Origin: a virus
DNA: 6,078 bases
Virus record (IMG/VR): IMGVR_UViG_3300020029_000022
Coordinates: 1 to 6,078 of that record
Reading direction: 5' to 3' (one strand)
Part shown: positions 5,720 through 6,078 of the stretch, in pieces
Position numbering within the stretch: position 1 is the first letter of the stretch
How the letters are laid out: each line of letters opens with the position of its first letter
Notes under the pieces: model-generated
What the model was told of the DNA's origin: nothing
Seen by the model: the letters and a program-made list of their open reading frames with translations, nothing else
Databases searched by the model: none
Position numbers and translations under genes: made by a program

Positions 5720-6037
5720 TTAAAGAATAGATTTGAATTCGTTGCAAAAATGTCGCCAGAGATTCGATTTTTCCGACCAGAAATTGAAACCTTCCGGCGT
5801 CATGGAAAACAGGAAAGATGTAGAAATAATACATTCGATGCCAAGGCTGGACGGGCGACACAGAAAGCGAATCTTGTCACGCAAATTATCGCGGAAAGGT
5901 CGATGGCCGGGATAAATTCTCTCGAAATTGGCTCTATACGCGGAAAATATGCCTTGGCGAACAAGCCATTCAGTAAACATGTACTCGGCGACGTCAGCGG
6001 AAAGGTCAACGAATCTAGACTTTTTGTTTGCTTTCAT
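5720..6037 (-). CDS. Hypothetical protein (105 aa)
   Basis: ATG at 6037 and TAA at 5722..5720. This is the first gene after the VP2-proximal intergenic region. The C-terminal half carries FSMTPEGFNFWSEKSNLW, an F/W-x-x-T-P-E-G-x-x-F-W...W pattern that I believe recurs in small uncharacterised phage proteins. I cannot name or verify a family. Confidence 0.6.
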   Translation of the reverse strand: MKANKKSRFVDLSADVAEYMFTEWLVRQGIFSAYRANFERIYPGHRPFRDNLRDKIRFLCRPSSLGIECIISTSFLFSMTPEGFNFWSEKSNLWRHFCNEFKSIL

Positions 6038-6078
6038 AGTAATACGGTTATTGGTTTACAGCACAAAGATGCAACGAA
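5958..6078. repeat. Terminal direct repeat, copy 2. Exact duplicate of 1..121.
   Basis: See copy 1. All 121 nt are identical by direct comparison. Confidence 0.95.

Noticed and set aside
5385-5861. Long 158-aa form of the 107-aa ORF
   Set aside because: It needs a GTG start (5861..5859) and a 142-nt out-of-frame overlap with the 105-aa ORF. The ATG at 5708 lies 11 nt after that ORF's stop, which fits the compact layout.
5529-5915. Small plus-strand ORFs 5529..5723 (64 aa) and 5733..5915 (60 aa)
   Set aside because: They are antisense to the 107-aa and 105-aa ORFs. They are short and have no independent support.
1-6078. Terminal 121-nt repeats as biological direct terminal repeats, att sites or LTR-like ends of an integrated element
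   Set aside because: The repeat is exact, reaches the window ends and splits an ORF that is intact only when the sequence is circularised. No integrase or flanking host genes are present. An assembly overlap of a circular genome is the simplest explanation.
1-6078. Search for tRNA, rRNA, CRISPR arrays, IS or transposon ends and tandem repeats
   Set aside because: I saw no cloverleaf-like segments, no regularly spaced repeats, and no long inverted terminal repeats or tandem arrays. The only repeats are the terminal redundancy and a 10-mer at 5210 and 5340.

Overview
The window is a complete, circularly permuted ssDNA microvirus (family Microviridae) genome. Bases 1..121 are repeated exactly at 5958..6078, giving a unit length of 5957 nt, which is the usual signature of a circular contig. 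All credible genes lie on the minus strand, so the given strand is the complement of the virion/mRNA strand. Three core genes are recognisable from their translations. VP1 is the major capsid protein (601 aa). VP4 is an HUH rolling-circle replication initiator with CxxCxxC, HFHGFLF and YVVKYVTK motifs. VP2 is a pilot/minor capsid protein (419 aa). Six small ORFs fill the rest. They are an acidic 98-aa protein (possible scaffold), a 63-aa predicted lipoprotein placed 1 nt before VP2, a 66-aa basic ORF whose TGA overlaps the VP4 ATG, and a 105-aa plus 107-aa gene pair. That pair lies between a Bacteroides-type promoter-like motif and a textbook intrinsic terminator. None of the small ORFs has a function I can recognise. 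Two intergenic regions, 1648..1720 and about 5160..5365, are GC-rich and hairpin-dense. No Shine-Dalgarno sequences are visible upstream of any gene, which hints at a Bacteroidota host (alpavirus-like or gokushovirus-like lineage). I saw no tRNA, rRNA, CRISPR array or transposon. All functional calls rest on reading motifs in the translations. No database search was possible.
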